A stretch of 64,000 bases of DNA from an uncultured Candidatus Saccharibacteria bacterium (GCA_964629815.1 CAZVTA010000001.1:118357-182356), one strand, 5' to 3'; positions 10,143 through 20,165 are shown, numbered from the stretch's first letter. Numbers and translations are program-made. The notes: a model not told the origin generated them from the sequence alone.

Positions 10143-10976
10143 TTATGCTATCAATGATTCAGCGTTTGCTACGGTATTTTCTAATAGCTGGCGTACCGTT
10201 ACTGGCCCAACGCCTCCCTTTTTAGGCGTAAAGGACCAGCCATTAGATAAGCCATATTCACGCAGAGCATCAGAGACATTGCCAACTACTCGGCCCCCAA
10301 GCTCGGCTGCCCCAACGTCTATGACTACCTTTGGACCCATGCCAGCAAACAATTCTGGAGTTAGTACTTCAGGTAAATTCATGGCTGCAACAATAACGTC
10401 GGCTGCGTCTAGGCCCTTCACAATATCTAAAGGGTCGTCGTGTTCATCATAGGTTCGATAGTGCTTTGCTCCACCCCAATGAGCCCAGTTATGCATTGGT
10501 CTGCCAAACACTCGGCCGTAACCTAGTTGCGCTACTTTAGCTTCAAAAAGATCAATTCCGTAAAAGCCAGCTAATCGCCTGACTGCCATTGGTGTTGCTG
10601 GTATATGTGATGCGTTTGGGTTGAGTCCATCGACGTCCTTTATGCTATCTACTAAACGAAATTGCTTTTCTGTACGAGATGGGTCAACTGACGGAGCTTG
10701 CACTATGATTCCATGCACCGCTTCATCGTCGTTAAACTGGCGGATTTTGTCTGCAAGTGCATCGGTGTCAGGATCTTCAGTTAGATTTGCTATCATGCCT
10801 AGTTTGCGAGCCACACTCACTTTTATTCCTGAATAAACCACAGACGGGTGGTATTCGAGGTTGTCATTTACTATTTCTAACCTAGGAGTAATATCGTGCG
10901 CACGTAGTATGTCGATCCTTGTCATCAGATCAAAATCAATTTGCTCTAACAGTGGTGCAGCTAAAAGTTCTGACAT
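10143..10976 (-). CDS. folD: methylenetetrahydrofolate dehydrogenase/cyclohydrolase (divergent FolD)
   Basis: YxxxK, HGIIVQ.P, KDVDG, PATP, IDVG, TP..GGVGPVT. Confidence 0.85.
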   Translation of the reverse strand: MSELLAAPLLEQIDFDLMTRIDILRAHDITPRLEIVNDNLEYHPSVVYSGIKVSVARKLGMIANLTEDPDTDALADKIRQFNDDEAVHGIIVQAPSVDPSRTEKQFRLVDSIKDVDGLNPNASHIPATPMAVRRLAGFYGIDLFEAKVAQLGYGRVFGRPMHNWAHWGGAKHYRTYDEHDDPLDIVKGLDAADVIVAAMNLPEVLTPELFAGMGPKVVIDVGAAELGGRVVGNVSDALREYGLSNGWSFTPKKGGVGPVTVRQLLENTVANAESLIA

Positions 10977-11095
10977 GTGTTCTCCCGGTGCTTATAAGCT
11001 CACTATAAATTATAAGCAGAACCAAAATCAAGGATTTATTATGCCTAACAATAAGGTATTAGCTGTTTTGAATTGTTAGCTTGAAAGTAGTTTCT

Positions 11096-11186
11096 TGGCG
11101 GAGAGAGAGGGATTCGAACCCTCGATGAGGTTGCCCCCATACCACCTTTCCAAGATGGCGCACTAGGCCAACTATGCGATCTCTCC
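11096..11186 (-). tRNA. tRNA-Ser(GGA)
   Basis: Reverse complement GGAGAGA..CCATC-TTGGAAA-GGTGG, long variable arm, GGTTCGAATCC, TCTCTCC-GCCA. Confidence 0.95.
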
Positions 11187-11323
11187 GCAGCACATTTACC
11201 ATAGCAATTTTTTGTCTAAAACCCAAGTAGCAGAAGATTTGTAGTGCTTGTTCGACAGAGGCCAAAAATACTACATTACTTGCTTGCGGATTTTGCAAAA
11301 TACATCGTAAACTAAAACAAGCG

Positions 11324-12193
11324 ATGCCAATCATTAGTCTAAAAGAAGTCAGCAAATTGTATGGCTTCGGCGATGCCACTACAGTGGCGCTCGACGAAGT
11401 TAGTTTAGATATTGATGCCGGTGAGTTTGTGGCGATAATGGGTCCAAGTGGCTCGGGCAAATCAACACTGCTTAATATTATTGGTCTGCTCGACCGGCCA
11501 ACACACGGAAATTATCAACTTGGCGGACGTAATGTAGAAAAGCTACGAGCGAACCAGCGTGCCAAAGCCAGAAGAGATAAAATTGGCTTTGTGTTTCAGG
11601 CGTTTAATCTACTTCCAAAACTGTCGGTCATCGATAATGTTGCACTGCCCCTTGCCTACAAGGGCATGACCCAAACAAAGCGGTACAGAAAAGCATCTGC
11701 CGTTCTCGAACGTGTTGGTTTGTCTGACCGTGAATATTTTTTGCCTAAAGCGCTCAGCGGTGGTCAAGTACAACGCGTTGCTATCGCACGCGCACTAGTA
11801 AATGATCCAAATATTATTATTGCCGATGAGCCTACGGGAAACCTTGACAGTGGTAGCAGCCTAGTGGTTATGGAATTATTGAGTGAATTACACAAAACGG
11901 GAAACACTATTCTGATGGTTACGCATAACCCAGAACTTACCAGGTATGCAGACCGCGTAGTCTTTATGCAAGACGGTACAGTATTGCAAGATGTACAAAC
12001 TCCTGTTGGTGAGGTGCCACGCTTGGCTCGAAAAACTATGATTTTTCGTTATCACAATACCGAGGAAGACGATCTAGCAGGTGTGTCGGCACTAATGGGG
12101 GCGATTCCGCAAAAAAATAGTAAACGAAAAAATGGCACAAAAAAGCGCCGCGCAAAAACCACCGTTCGCTCAAAAAGGAGTAAGAAAAGCTGA
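11324..12193 (+). CDS. ABC transporter ATP-binding protein (LolD/MacB-type)
   Basis: GPSGSGKS, LSGGQ, ADEPTGNLD, VTH; basic C-terminal tail. Confidence 0.93.
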   Translation: MPIISLKEVSKLYGFGDATTVALDEVSLDIDAGEFVAIMGPSGSGKSTLLNIIGLLDRPTHGNYQLGGRNVEKLRANQRAKARRDKIGFVFQAFNLLPKLSVIDNVALPLAYKGMTQTKRYRKASAVLERVGLSDREYFLPKALSGGQVQRVAIARALVNDPNIIIADEPTGNLDSGSSLVVMELLSELHKTGNTILMVTHNPELTRYADRVVFMQDGTVLQDVQTPVGEVPRLARKTMIFRYHNTEEDDLAGVSALMGAIPQKNSKRKNGTKKRRAKTTVRSKRSKKS

Positions 12194-13425
12194 TGTTTGG
12201 CGGAAACTTAAAAATGGCTATAGCTACACTACGTGCATCTAAATGGCGCAGTTTATTAACCATGTTTGGCATTATCGTTGGTGTAGTCTCGGTAGTTACG
12301 ACGGTGAGTCTTGGCGAAGGCGTGAAGCGTCAGGTGCTTGGTCAGATTAATCGGCTTGGCAGTGATCTTATTACAGTGCGACCCGGTAATTTGGTTACAA
12401 GGGACGACAAAGGAACAATTACGAGCGTGAATGCCATCGGAACGTATGGTTTTGGTACAGGCAGCCTTAATGATCAAGATATTGCAACCGTTCAGCAAAC
12501 CAAATACATAAAACAAAGTTCGCCAATAGGACTACTAAATTCTGGTCTAAAGAGTGGTGATGCTAGTTATGGCGAAGGTTTTGTCTTGGGCGTTAACCAA
12601 CATATGCCGGATCTACTTCAGCAAAAGGTTGAGTTTGGTAGTTTCTATCAAGACAGCGACCAAAACAAACAAATTGCGGTTATAGGTAAGCGCGTTGCAG
12701 AGAAACTGTTTAACGAGAATGTGCCAATCGGGCAGTCGTTTGAAATTAGAGGGCAAGAATATGTGGTGCGTGGCGTGTTCGAAGAGTTTAATGGTAGCAC
12801 GCTCAGTACGGGCGTTGATTTAAACAAAGCTGTCTTCGTGCCTTTCGATGGCATAAAAGAACAAGTCGGCAATTCATTGCAAGTGGTGCAGATTATTGCC
12901 CGGCCCGAAAAATCTAGTCAAACTAATGACGTAATACGTGAGTTGAATCAGAGTTTTACTACCACTCACAACGGCCAGCAAGACGTAACGATATTAAGGC
13001 AAGACGAAAATCTCACTGTTACTAACACCCTTCTTAATATTCTTACGAGTTTTATAGCAGGTATTGCGGCGATCTCTCTACTTGTTGGTGGGATTGGCAT
13101 AATGAATATCATGCTGGTATCAATTAGTGAACGAACGCACGAAATCGGCATTCGCAAGGCTGTAGGAGCAACAAACCGTCAAATCAGTAGACAGTTTTTA
13201 CTTGAGGCGGCAGTGTTGAGCTTTGTGGGCGGTGTTCTTGGTGTCTTGCTTGCTCTGTTAACAAACTTTATTATCCGTATCAGTACAAATTTGCGGCCGG
13301 TAGTGGCCTGGCAAGTGGTATTACTCGCTGTTGCAGTTGCATGGCTGGTGGGAATTGTCTTTGGTATTATCCCTGCTATACAGGCGGCACGTAAAGATCC
13401 AATTGACGCGCTGCGTTACGAATAA
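12193..13425 (+). CDS. ABC transporter permease (MacB/FtsX family)
   Basis: RSLLTMFGIIVGV, GGIGIMNIMLVSISERTHEIGIRKAVGA, PAIQAARKDPIDALRYE. Confidence 0.93.
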   Translation: MFGGNLKMAIATLRASKWRSLLTMFGIIVGVVSVVTTVSLGEGVKRQVLGQINRLGSDLITVRPGNLVTRDDKGTITSVNAIGTYGFGTGSLNDQDIATVQQTKYIKQSSPIGLLNSGLKSGDASYGEGFVLGVNQHMPDLLQQKVEFGSFYQDSDQNKQIAVIGKRVAEKLFNENVPIGQSFEIRGQEYVVRGVFEEFNGSTLSTGVDLNKAVFVPFDGIKEQVGNSLQVVQIIARPEKSSQTNDVIRELNQSFTTTHNGQQDVTILRQDENLTVTNTLLNILTSFIAGIAAISLLVGGIGIMNIMLVSISERTHEIGIRKAVGATNRQISRQFLLEAAVLSFVGGVLGVLLALLTNFIIRISTNLRPVVAWQVVLLAVAVAWLVGIVFGIIPAIQAARKDPIDALRYE

Positions 13426-13428
13426 GTA

Positions 13429-14814
13429 TTAAGCAAACAAAGAGAATAGTGCAGCAATACCTGCGAGCGACATAATACCGGTAATTAACCAACCAAATGT
13501 TTTGGCAACTGGCCCATTAACCCATTCGCCCATCACTTTTTTGTTGCTACTTATGATGACAATAAGTGCAAGAATAAGGGGTGCCACAATACCATTCGCA
13601 ACCGCAGAGTAGATAAGCGCTTTAATGGGGTCGAGTCCTATAAAGTTCATGCCGAGCCCAATAAGCATTGAGATAATGATCACACCGTAAAAAGCGTAGG
13701 CTTGCTTAAGCTTGCTGTTGAGTCCGCCTTTCCAACCCAGTGATTCTGCTAAAGCGTATGAGCTAGAACCCGCTAACACTGGAATGGCGAGCATACCCGT
13801 ACCAATGATACCAACAGCAAAGAGTACAAATGTTGCGTCACCGGCGAATGGTCGAAGTGCTTCTGCTGCCTGAGCAGCACTCGTAATTTCTGTAATGCCG
13901 TTCTTGAAAAGTACAGCGCCACACGCTGCGATAATGAAGAACATAACGATGTTACTGAGGAGCATGCCTGACCATACGTCAATGCGCATATCTTTTACTT
14001 CTTGTTTGCTGGCACCTTTTCTTGATACTATCGACGTTTTGCCTGCTGCCACCTGCTCTTCGATTTCCTGTGAAGTTTGCCAGAAGAACAAATATGGAGA
14101 AATGGTCGTACCTAAAATTGCACAGACGAGCAGTATCTGATCTTTCGAGAATGTTAACTGTGGTATAACTGCATTGCGCCCAACTTCTGCCCAATTGAGT
14201 TTGGCGAGAATAGCTGAAAATATGTAAGCCAATAGAACCATAGCGAGCCATTTTAAATATTTCGCATACTTAGCGTACGGTGTAAATATTTGCAATAGTA
14301 AGCTCACGCCAGCAAAGCCAACGACGAGCCATGTGAAGTTCATCGATGGTCTGAGCAGCTGCGCCCCCTTTGCCATCGCACCGAGGTCGGCGCCAATGTT
14401 GAATGAATTTGCGGCAAACAATAGCAGTGTGCAGATGTGCAAAATCTTTTTTGAAAAGTATACACGTATATTGCCAGCGAGGCCGCGGCCTGTCACAAGA
14501 CCAATGCGTGCACACATCTCTTGCACGATAGACATCAACGGAAAGGTGAATAAAGAAAGCCACAATAAGCCAAATCCGTATTGCGCCCCCGTTTGTGAGT
14601 ATGTAGCGATACCAGACGGGTCATCGTCTGAAGCTCCGGTTGTAAGTCCCGGGCCAAGCATGTGCCAATAGTCGCCTGTTTTTTTGACGGTTTTTTTGAC
14701 GGTTTCTGTTGGGAGGGCTTGCGCTATCCTCTCCCCTGTCTCGACTGTTTTTTCTAGTACGTGCGCAGGTGCCTCGACGGTCTTGGTTAGAAAATCTTTA
14801 TCTTTGCTTGCCAT
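13429..14814 (-). CDS. NRAMP-family divalent metal transporter
   Basis: LGPGLTTGASDDDPSGIATYSQ, GTTISPY, multiple TMs; start at MASKDK. Confidence 0.88.
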   Translation of the reverse strand: MASKDKDFLTKTVEAPAHVLEKTVETGERIAQALPTETVKKTVKKTGDYWHMLGPGLTTGASDDDPSGIATYSQTGAQYGFGLLWLSLFTFPLMSIVQEMCARIGLVTGRGLAGNIRVYFSKKILHICTLLLFAANSFNIGADLGAMAKGAQLLRPSMNFTWLVVGFAGVSLLLQIFTPYAKYAKYLKWLAMVLLAYIFSAILAKLNWAEVGRNAVIPQLTFSKDQILLVCAILGTTISPYLFFWQTSQEIEEQVAAGKTSIVSRKGASKQEVKDMRIDVWSGMLLSNIVMFFIIAACGAVLFKNGITEITSAAQAAEALRPFAGDATFVLFAVGIIGTGMLAIPVLAGSSSYALAESLGWKGGLNSKLKQAYAFYGVIIISMLIGLGMNFIGLDPIKALIYSAVANGIVAPLILALIVIISSNKKVMGEWVNGPVAKTFGWLITGIMSLAGIAALFSLFA

Positions 14815-14891
14815 GGTTATGCTTACTATAATACACCCAATACCCAAAAAACTAGCTTTTCAATCGGGGCGCATGCTTGCATACTAGGGTG

Positions 14892-15380
14892 ATGACATTT
14901 GTTCTATTACTGCTCATAACCATATTATTAGTCGCTGCAGTAATTGCGGGGTTTTCTGGAGCCCCGTGGGTTCCGGCTCGTCAAAAGGATGTAGATGCAC
15001 TTTTGCATGTCCTTGGTGATATTAAAGGTAAACGTGTAGTTGAGCTTGGATGTGGTGATGGGCGCTTGGTGTTGGCGGCGGCTCGGGCTGGGTCAATAGT
15101 TACTGGCTATGAAATCAATCCGCTATTATATTTGGTTGCAAAGTTACGCTGCCTGTCCTTCAAAAATGCAACGATAAAAATGCAGAATTTCTGGCACGTT
15201 GATTTGTCGAAAATGGATATTGTGATTGCATTTCTTGTGCCGCGCACCATGCCTCAAATTACACAAAAGGTAGATAAAGAGTTAACGAAAGGGGCTATAT
15301 TTGCTTCTTACGTATTTCCGATTGTAGACCGTGATTACTCTAAGCACACCGCTTCTTGGTATTTGTATTATATAAAATAA
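14892..15380 (+). CDS. class I SAM-dependent methyltransferase with N-terminal TM
   Basis: GAPWVP, ELGCGDGR, GYEINP. Confidence 0.85.
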   Translation: MTFVLLLLITILLVAAVIAGFSGAPWVPARQKDVDALLHVLGDIKGKRVVELGCGDGRLVLAAARAGSIVTGYEINPLLYLVAKLRCLSFKNATIKMQNFWHVDLSKMDIVIAFLVPRTMPQITQKVDKELTKGAIFASYVFPIVDRDYSKHTASWYLYYIK

Positions 15381-15438
15381 CCTGTTATTTCGTGGGTTCC
15401 TCACGTATACTAAGACGTAAGCAACATAAGGAACCTCT

Positions 15439-16365
15439 ATGATACGAATATTCCATAGTAGCGTAAAGGCGCCCAATCTCGTTGAACTGTCGGAATTTAC
15501 CGATGGGGCATGGCTTCATGTAGAGGCGCCAACGACCGATGAGCTTGAATCTTTGGCCCAGAAGTATCACCTCGAGCTAGACTTATTGGTCGACGGCATT
15601 GACCCTAACGAATCGCCGCGTATTGAACGTGAAGAAGAAGTAACATATATCTATACGCGCTACTGTCTTCCCGAAGCAGAAAAAATGACAACCAGTCCTC
15701 TGCTTATAGTTATGGGCAAGGGTTTTGTAATGACGGTTTGCCGACGGCCGTTTACCAGTATGGAAGTTTTGCTCAATGGTCCACTCATGATTGTTACGAG
15801 TAAAAAAGCTCAACTTGTTTTGCAGATTTTAAGTGAGATTAATAATGGTTTCAAGCATCGTATTAATCATGCAAGTAAACGTATCTGGAACATACGATCG
15901 CAGCTCAAGAAAGACCAAATTGCCAACGAAGATTTTGTTGCCTTTATCGATATCGAAGAAGACCTCAATGACTTTCTGCTTGTACTCGAACCTATGGATG
16001 GGGTGCTAAATAACTTGCTCGGCGGCAAATACATGCGTTTGTACGAGGAGGACCGCGACCTGATTGAAGATATCTCGCTCGGAACCCAAGAGCTTACCCA
16101 GCTTGCCCAGAGCCGCGTGAAAACACTGCGTAATATTCGTGAGGCATACGCTACAATCACCGCCAACAACCTTAACCGTATCTTCAAACTCATGACCAGT
16201 ATCACAATTTTGATGGGTATATTTACCCTCATTACCGGCGTCTACAGCATGAATATTAGCCTACCTGCCGCGCACAACCCGAATGCGTTTTGGATTATCT
16301 TGGGTATCACCGCGCTCTTTATTGGCAGTGCTACAGTATTCTTTAAACGAAAGAAGTGGTTTTAG
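15439..16365 (+). CDS. corA: CorA family Mg2+ transporter
   Basis: CorA fold with two C-terminal TMs and GVYSMN (GMN variant). Confidence 0.88.
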   Translation: MIRIFHSSVKAPNLVELSEFTDGAWLHVEAPTTDELESLAQKYHLELDLLVDGIDPNESPRIEREEEVTYIYTRYCLPEAEKMTTSPLLIVMGKGFVMTVCRRPFTSMEVLLNGPLMIVTSKKAQLVLQILSEINNGFKHRINHASKRIWNIRSQLKKDQIANEDFVAFIDIEEDLNDFLLVLEPMDGVLNNLLGGKYMRLYEEDRDLIEDISLGTQELTQLAQSRVKTLRNIREAYATITANNLNRIFKLMTSITILMGIFTLITGVYSMNISLPAAHNPNAFWIILGITALFIGSATVFFKRKKWF

Positions 16366-16398
16366 CTCTTTCTCAGCTAGGTGTGCTACCATTTGTAT

Positions 16399-16629
16399 AT
16401 GAGAGAGGTAGCCCGAGCGAGTAAAAAATTTTTCGTCGCCGTCGCAGGCATGACCATACTCGGTATTGGCGTACTGCTGCTTGCATTGCCAGGGCCAGGA
16501 CTACTGGTGATTATTCTTGGTCTTATTGTTCTAGCAAGCGAGTTTGCATGGGCTCAGGGTGCGCTCGATAAAGCTCGGGCGAAATATCAGCAAACAAAAG
16601 AAAAGATTAAACAAAGAACCTCCGAGTAA
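16399..16629 (+). CDS. PGPGW/TIGR02611-like small membrane protein
   Basis: LPGPGLL..GL.VLASEFAWA. Confidence 0.75.
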   Translation: MREVARASKKFFVAVAGMTILGIGVLLLALPGPGLLVIILGLIVLASEFAWAQGALDKARAKYQQTKEKIKQRTSE

Positions 16630-16643
16630 CCGGGGGGTTCTTT
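16613..16643. terminator. bidirectional intrinsic terminator
   Basis: AAAGAACCTCCG..CGGGGGGTTCTTT hairpin between convergent genes. Confidence 0.7.
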
Positions 16644-16672
16644 GCTAAAAGTGTGACAGTATTTAGGTTATA

Positions 16673-17203
16673 TTAGCTCATTCGTGAACGAAGCTGTGCG
16701 ACGCGCACCGCGAGAGCACCGATGCCAATTGCCAAGGCACTGATACCGAGTATCTCGCCATTGTTGGCGCCCGTTTCTGCAAGCATAGTTGGTGTCTCAG
16801 GCTGGGCAACAGTAGTGGTAGTGTTTTCGACGTTAATTGACGGAATATGATACGCCTCTTCACTCGTCGTAGTGGTATCTACAGTACTTGTAGTAGTCGT
16901 ATCCTTGAATACGGTTGTAGTGGTAGTTTCTTTGTTAGGTTTTTCGGTAGTCGAAGTTGTTTTAGGAACTTCAGTAGTAGTGGTTTTGGGTGTTTCGGTT
17001 GTAGTAGTCGTATCCTTGAATACGGTTGTAGTGGTAGTTTCTTTGTTAGGTTTTTCGGTAGTCGAAGTTGTTTTAGGAACTTCAGTAGTAGTGGTTTTGG
17101 GTGGGTTTACACTTATTGTTGTCGTGGTTTTTTCTGGACAGTTTGGGTCCTTTTTGTAGTGGTTATTATTGCCACCTTCAAATGTAAAGCTAAATGCTTC
17201 CAT
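16673..17203 (-). CDS. Thr-rich protein with C-terminal LAETG sorting signal (candidate sortase substrate)
   Basis: AAGGAG SD before ATG 17203; LAETG + hydrophobic segment + basic tail (RSR). Confidence 0.7.
   Translation of the reverse strand: MEAFSFTFEGGNNNHYKKDPNCPEKTTTTISVNPPKTTTTEVPKTTSTTEKPNKETTTTTVFKDTTTTTETPKTTTTEVPKTTSTTEKPNKETTTTTVFKDTTTTSTVDTTTTSEEAYHIPSINVENTTTTVAQPETPTMLAETGANNGEILGISALAIGIGALAVRVAQLRSRMS
16888..17103. repeat. intragenic tandem duplication, period 111 nt (37 aa)
   Basis: About 105 nt identical at ~16888-16992 and ~16999-17103. Confidence 0.9.
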
Positions 17204-17414
17204 GCGTGTTCTCCTTCTTGTGAGCATTGTGCTCCGAGTAGAGTTAATTAATAGTCGTGGGTTCGCTACTGGCTCCCTGTAATCCAAGCGACCAAATGAA
17301 GATTACAATTCAACGCTGACAATAATTACATTGTCAAAGATATATTACACTAAAAAATCAAAAAAGTCAATAACGACGCTTGCTTGTACTTGTATTCTTG
17401 CACGTACAGTCTTG

Positions 17415-17449
17415 CATAAAAAAGAGCGTTTAAAGGCTCTTTTTTTATG
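17415..17449. terminator. intrinsic terminator
   Basis: CATAAAAAAGAGC..GCTCTTTTTTTATG inverted repeat with T-tracts. Confidence 0.65.
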
Positions 17450-17603
17450 TAGTGCTACTCCAATCTTTTGTCAGCGATTCGTAACAGTCTACGCAGAGAT
17501 GGAATTTGTGAACCATGCTTTGTTCGTCTGGTGGACTGAGCAGTATCGCTCCAAAATCGGATAGTTCATTTTTGCACTTGTCGCAAATTGGTCGTATTGC
17601 CAT
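17445..17603 (-). CDS. 52-aa putative zinc-binding protein (below ORF-track cut-off)
   Basis: MAIRPICDKCKNELSDFGAILLSPPDEQSMVHKFHLCVDCYESLTKDWSSTT; CxxC..HxCxxC; TATACT 6 nt before ATG. Confidence 0.7.
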   Translation of the reverse strand: MAIRPICDKCKNELSDFGAILLSPPDEQSMVHKFHLCVDCYESLTKDWSSTT

Positions 17604-17702
17604 AGCATCAGTATAACTAAAGTTGTAGCGCCTGCAATGGTTTGAATTTTCAGTGCTTCACTGCCACTTCGAATTCCTATGTTTGCTTTAAAGTATTCGT
17701 CT

Positions 17703-18683
17703 TTACTTTTCCCAAGTGAAGTCTTTGTGGCCAAAATGCCCCCACTGGGCTGTTTTTTCGAACTGAGGTTTTTGTAGGTCGAGCCATTTAACAATGCCAC
17801 GAGGCGATAAGTCGTAGCCTTCGACAACTTTTTGCACGCCGTCTACAACCACGGTTGCTTCCAGTGGCTGGTCGTAGCCAATTGCATAAGCTAAGTAGCA
17901 ATATACTTCTTTGGCATTCTCTTTTTGTAAGTAGTCTATAGCTATTTTTCGCGCTGCATAGGCGGCAGAGCGGTCTACCTTGCTTGAGTCTTTGCCGCTA
18001 AAGCAGCCACCACCAATTGGGACGCTTGGGCCGTAGTTGTCTACAACCAGCTTGCGCCCGGTTAGGCCGGTGTCGGCTTCAAAGCCACCAATCTGCCAGT
18101 CACCCGCGGGGTTGATGTGTAAGCGAATTTCGTCGGTTGTTTTTGCAAGGGGTTCGCTTCTTAGCCATTCTCGAACACGAGCTTCAAGTTCGGCCTGCGG
18201 TGCGTTCTGAAAACTCGCTACTGCCGATTCAATAACCCCATCTTTCAGCGTTACTTGAGTTTTACCGTCGAAAGGCCATTTTTCGAAAATATATTGGTTG
18301 AGTTTGCGGCTTAGTACTACTTCGAGTGGTAATAGCTCGGGTGTGTCGTTGCAAGCATAGCCAACCATAATGCCTTGGTCGCCTGCTCCACCCGTATCAA
18401 CGCCCTGCGCAATCTCGGGGCTTTGCTTTACGAGCCGAACCTCTAGCTCTACATCGCCCGCAATGCGTTGTACAATTGGTGCAACATCGGGGTGGCCCGT
18501 GCTAGTAACTTCGCCCACTACAAATACCTTGCCGTGGCCGCCAACGGTTTCAACAGCTACACGGGCTTTGGGGTCTTGTACTAAATATGCATCCAAAATA
18601 GCGTCGGAAATTTGGTCGCAGAGTTTGTCGGGGTGCTTGGGCGAAACACTCTCGGCGGTTTTATAGGTTGTTTGTGCAGACAT
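17703..18683 (-). CDS. metK: S-adenosylmethionine synthetase (compact form)
   Basis: ESVSPKHPDK, GAGDQG, GLTGRK, GGGCFSGKD.SKVDRS. Confidence 0.95.
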   Translation of the reverse strand: MSAQTTYKTAESVSPKHPDKLCDQISDAILDAYLVQDPKARVAVETVGGHGKVFVVGEVTSTGHPDVAPIVQRIAGDVELEVRLVKQSPEIAQGVDTGGAGDQGIMVGYACNDTPELLPLEVVLSRKLNQYIFEKWPFDGKTQVTLKDGVIESAVASFQNAPQAELEARVREWLRSEPLAKTTDEIRLHINPAGDWQIGGFEADTGLTGRKLVVDNYGPSVPIGGGCFSGKDSSKVDRSAAYAARKIAIDYLQKENAKEVYCYLAYAIGYDQPLEATVVVDGVQKVVEGYDLSPRGIVKWLDLQKPQFEKTAQWGHFGHKDFTWEK

Positions 18684-18741
18684 AAAAAAACTCCTTTCTG
18701 TCTACACCGCTGGGTCGAGTCAGAAGGAGCATGCCTTGCGA

Positions 18742-18835
18742 TATCTTCCCCTTGCGGGCTGAACGTAGCACCGTACCACGAATGGTTGGTTGCTGGTGGG
18801 TCGACGGGTCAGATCCCTCGCCACACTCTTGATAC
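18742..18835 (-). promoter_or_regulatory. SAM-I (S-box family) riboswitch
   Basis: Reverse complement TATCAAGAG..GAGGGA..GACCC..AGCAACC..GGTGCTA..GAAGATA directly upstream of metK. Confidence 0.88.
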
Positions 18836-18886
18836 TTAAATTGTTAATGCCTACCTATGGTAGCATTGTTCTGCGCGTCAGCAAAA

Positions 18887-19402
18887 TTATTCGAAGTTAA
18901 AGAATGCTTCGGCTTGTTGTGCGAGCTGGTCACGGATTTCGCTCATTCTGTAGCCGAGATCAAGTTTTACTGTTTGACTATTACTATCAAGGAGAACTGA
19001 ACCTAACTCATTTTTTAGGGTATTGTGGCCAATTGCAAGAACGGTGTCGTCGGGACGCTTAAGGAATATGCCGGTGCCGCATTCAATCTGTGGTTCTCTG
19101 TCTGTGCTACGCGTGACGATACGAGAGACCGCTCCGTTAGCCCAAGACGGCTCATAATCGTATGCAGTGAGTTTTCCATAACCACCAACAAAAATTTCTT
19201 CGACGGGATGAGACTCTGATTGCTTGCCTTTGTTAAAGGTTGCAACAAGAAGTCTACCAAGAGTGTGCTGAGCCCTCAAAGTGTCGGTTGCGGGTGTAAA
19301 GTAGCCTGCTAACACATCTGCAAAGCGTGGATCTACCAGTAAGACCTTTTGTGAACGATCGTCAGTTGTCGGTCGGTATGCATCAAACTCGGGGGAATTC
19401 AT
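18887..19402 (-). CDS. hypothetical protein
   Basis: 171-aa ORF with TGCTATAAT just upstream. Confidence 0.6.
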   Translation of the reverse strand: MNSPEFDAYRPTTDDRSQKVLLVDPRFADVLAGYFTPATDTLRAQHTLGRLLVATFNKGKQSESHPVEEIFVGGYGKLTAYDYEPSWANGAVSRIVTRSTDREPQIECGTGIFLKRPDDTVLAIGHNTLKNELGSVLLDSNSQTVKLDLGYRMSEIRDQLAQQAEAFFNFE

Positions 19403-19448
19403 GATAGTTAATTATAGCACAAAATAGTTAAAACGTCTATTCTATAAC

Positions 19449-20165
19449 TTAATCTGTAGCTTGTTGCTGTTGGTATGTCTGGTACTGGCGGTATGCAGCT
19501 TTTGCTCTGCGTAAATCTGCTGCTTTTTCTACTGGCATTACCATGCCCGCTAAAGAAAGGCTTCCAAGAAAATAGCCTTGCATTAGTTCGCCAAATTGCG
19601 CGCCTGGTTTGTTATGAAACAGCTCGCGCGCCCATTGCCAATGCTCGTCGAAATTTACACCAAAGTGGCGAATCCAGAACCCGCCACCAATTACAGAACC
19701 CGCAAGTGCAAGGCAGCCCATGCAGCCAGTACTGTGCTCTGCTAATGTGTTATCTACTTTTTCGGTTCCGTATTCTTCAATAATCTTTTGGCCACCACCA
19801 CTTAGTTCGTATCGGTCGATTCCATCTTCGCCCGGTTTTGTTACAAGTAATTTTGCATCGTATGCAAGCTTAGTCGATATATCTTGGCCGATGACGTCAA
19901 TCATTTCATTTGGCAAACGTTTTAAGTAGGGACCAAACGGTATGCCGTTGCGGTGAGTGCCGTAATGTTCTGACTCTGGTGGGCTGTACAATGTGCTGAC
20001 AATGCGCGATGCAACAACCGCATAGCCAACTCTGCGGCATAGCTGGCTATCTTCATAGTACGGGTTTATGTTGCCGGCAAGGGGGTGTTTGCGTACTGCT
20101 TCGAGTATGGTGCCATCGAACACGGCGGTAATTTGGTCGATTGGCTGAGCTTTTTCAAAATCCAC
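19449..20165 (-). CDS. hypothetical membrane protein
   Basis: 238-aa ORF with two C-terminal hydrophobic segments. Confidence 0.55.
   Translation of the reverse strand: MDFEKAQPIDQITAVFDGTILEAVRKHPLAGNINPYYEDSQLCRRVGYAVVASRIVSTLYSPPESEHYGTHRNGIPFGPYLKRLPNEMIDVIGQDISTKLAYDAKLLVTKPGEDGIDRYELSGGGQKIIEEYGTEKVDNTLAEHSTGCMGCLALAGSVIGGGFWIRHFGVNFDEHWQWARELFHNKPGAQFGELMQGYFLGSLSLAGMVMPVEKAADLRRAKAAYRQYQTYQQQQATD

Noticed and set aside
10977-11095. Fold-back site behind tRNA-Ser (also checked behind tRNA-Leu)
   Set aside because: No inverted or direct T-arm copies seen
16888-17103. Direct repeats as a possible CRISPR array
   Set aside because: Two in-frame 111-nt coding units without unique spacers; no cas genes
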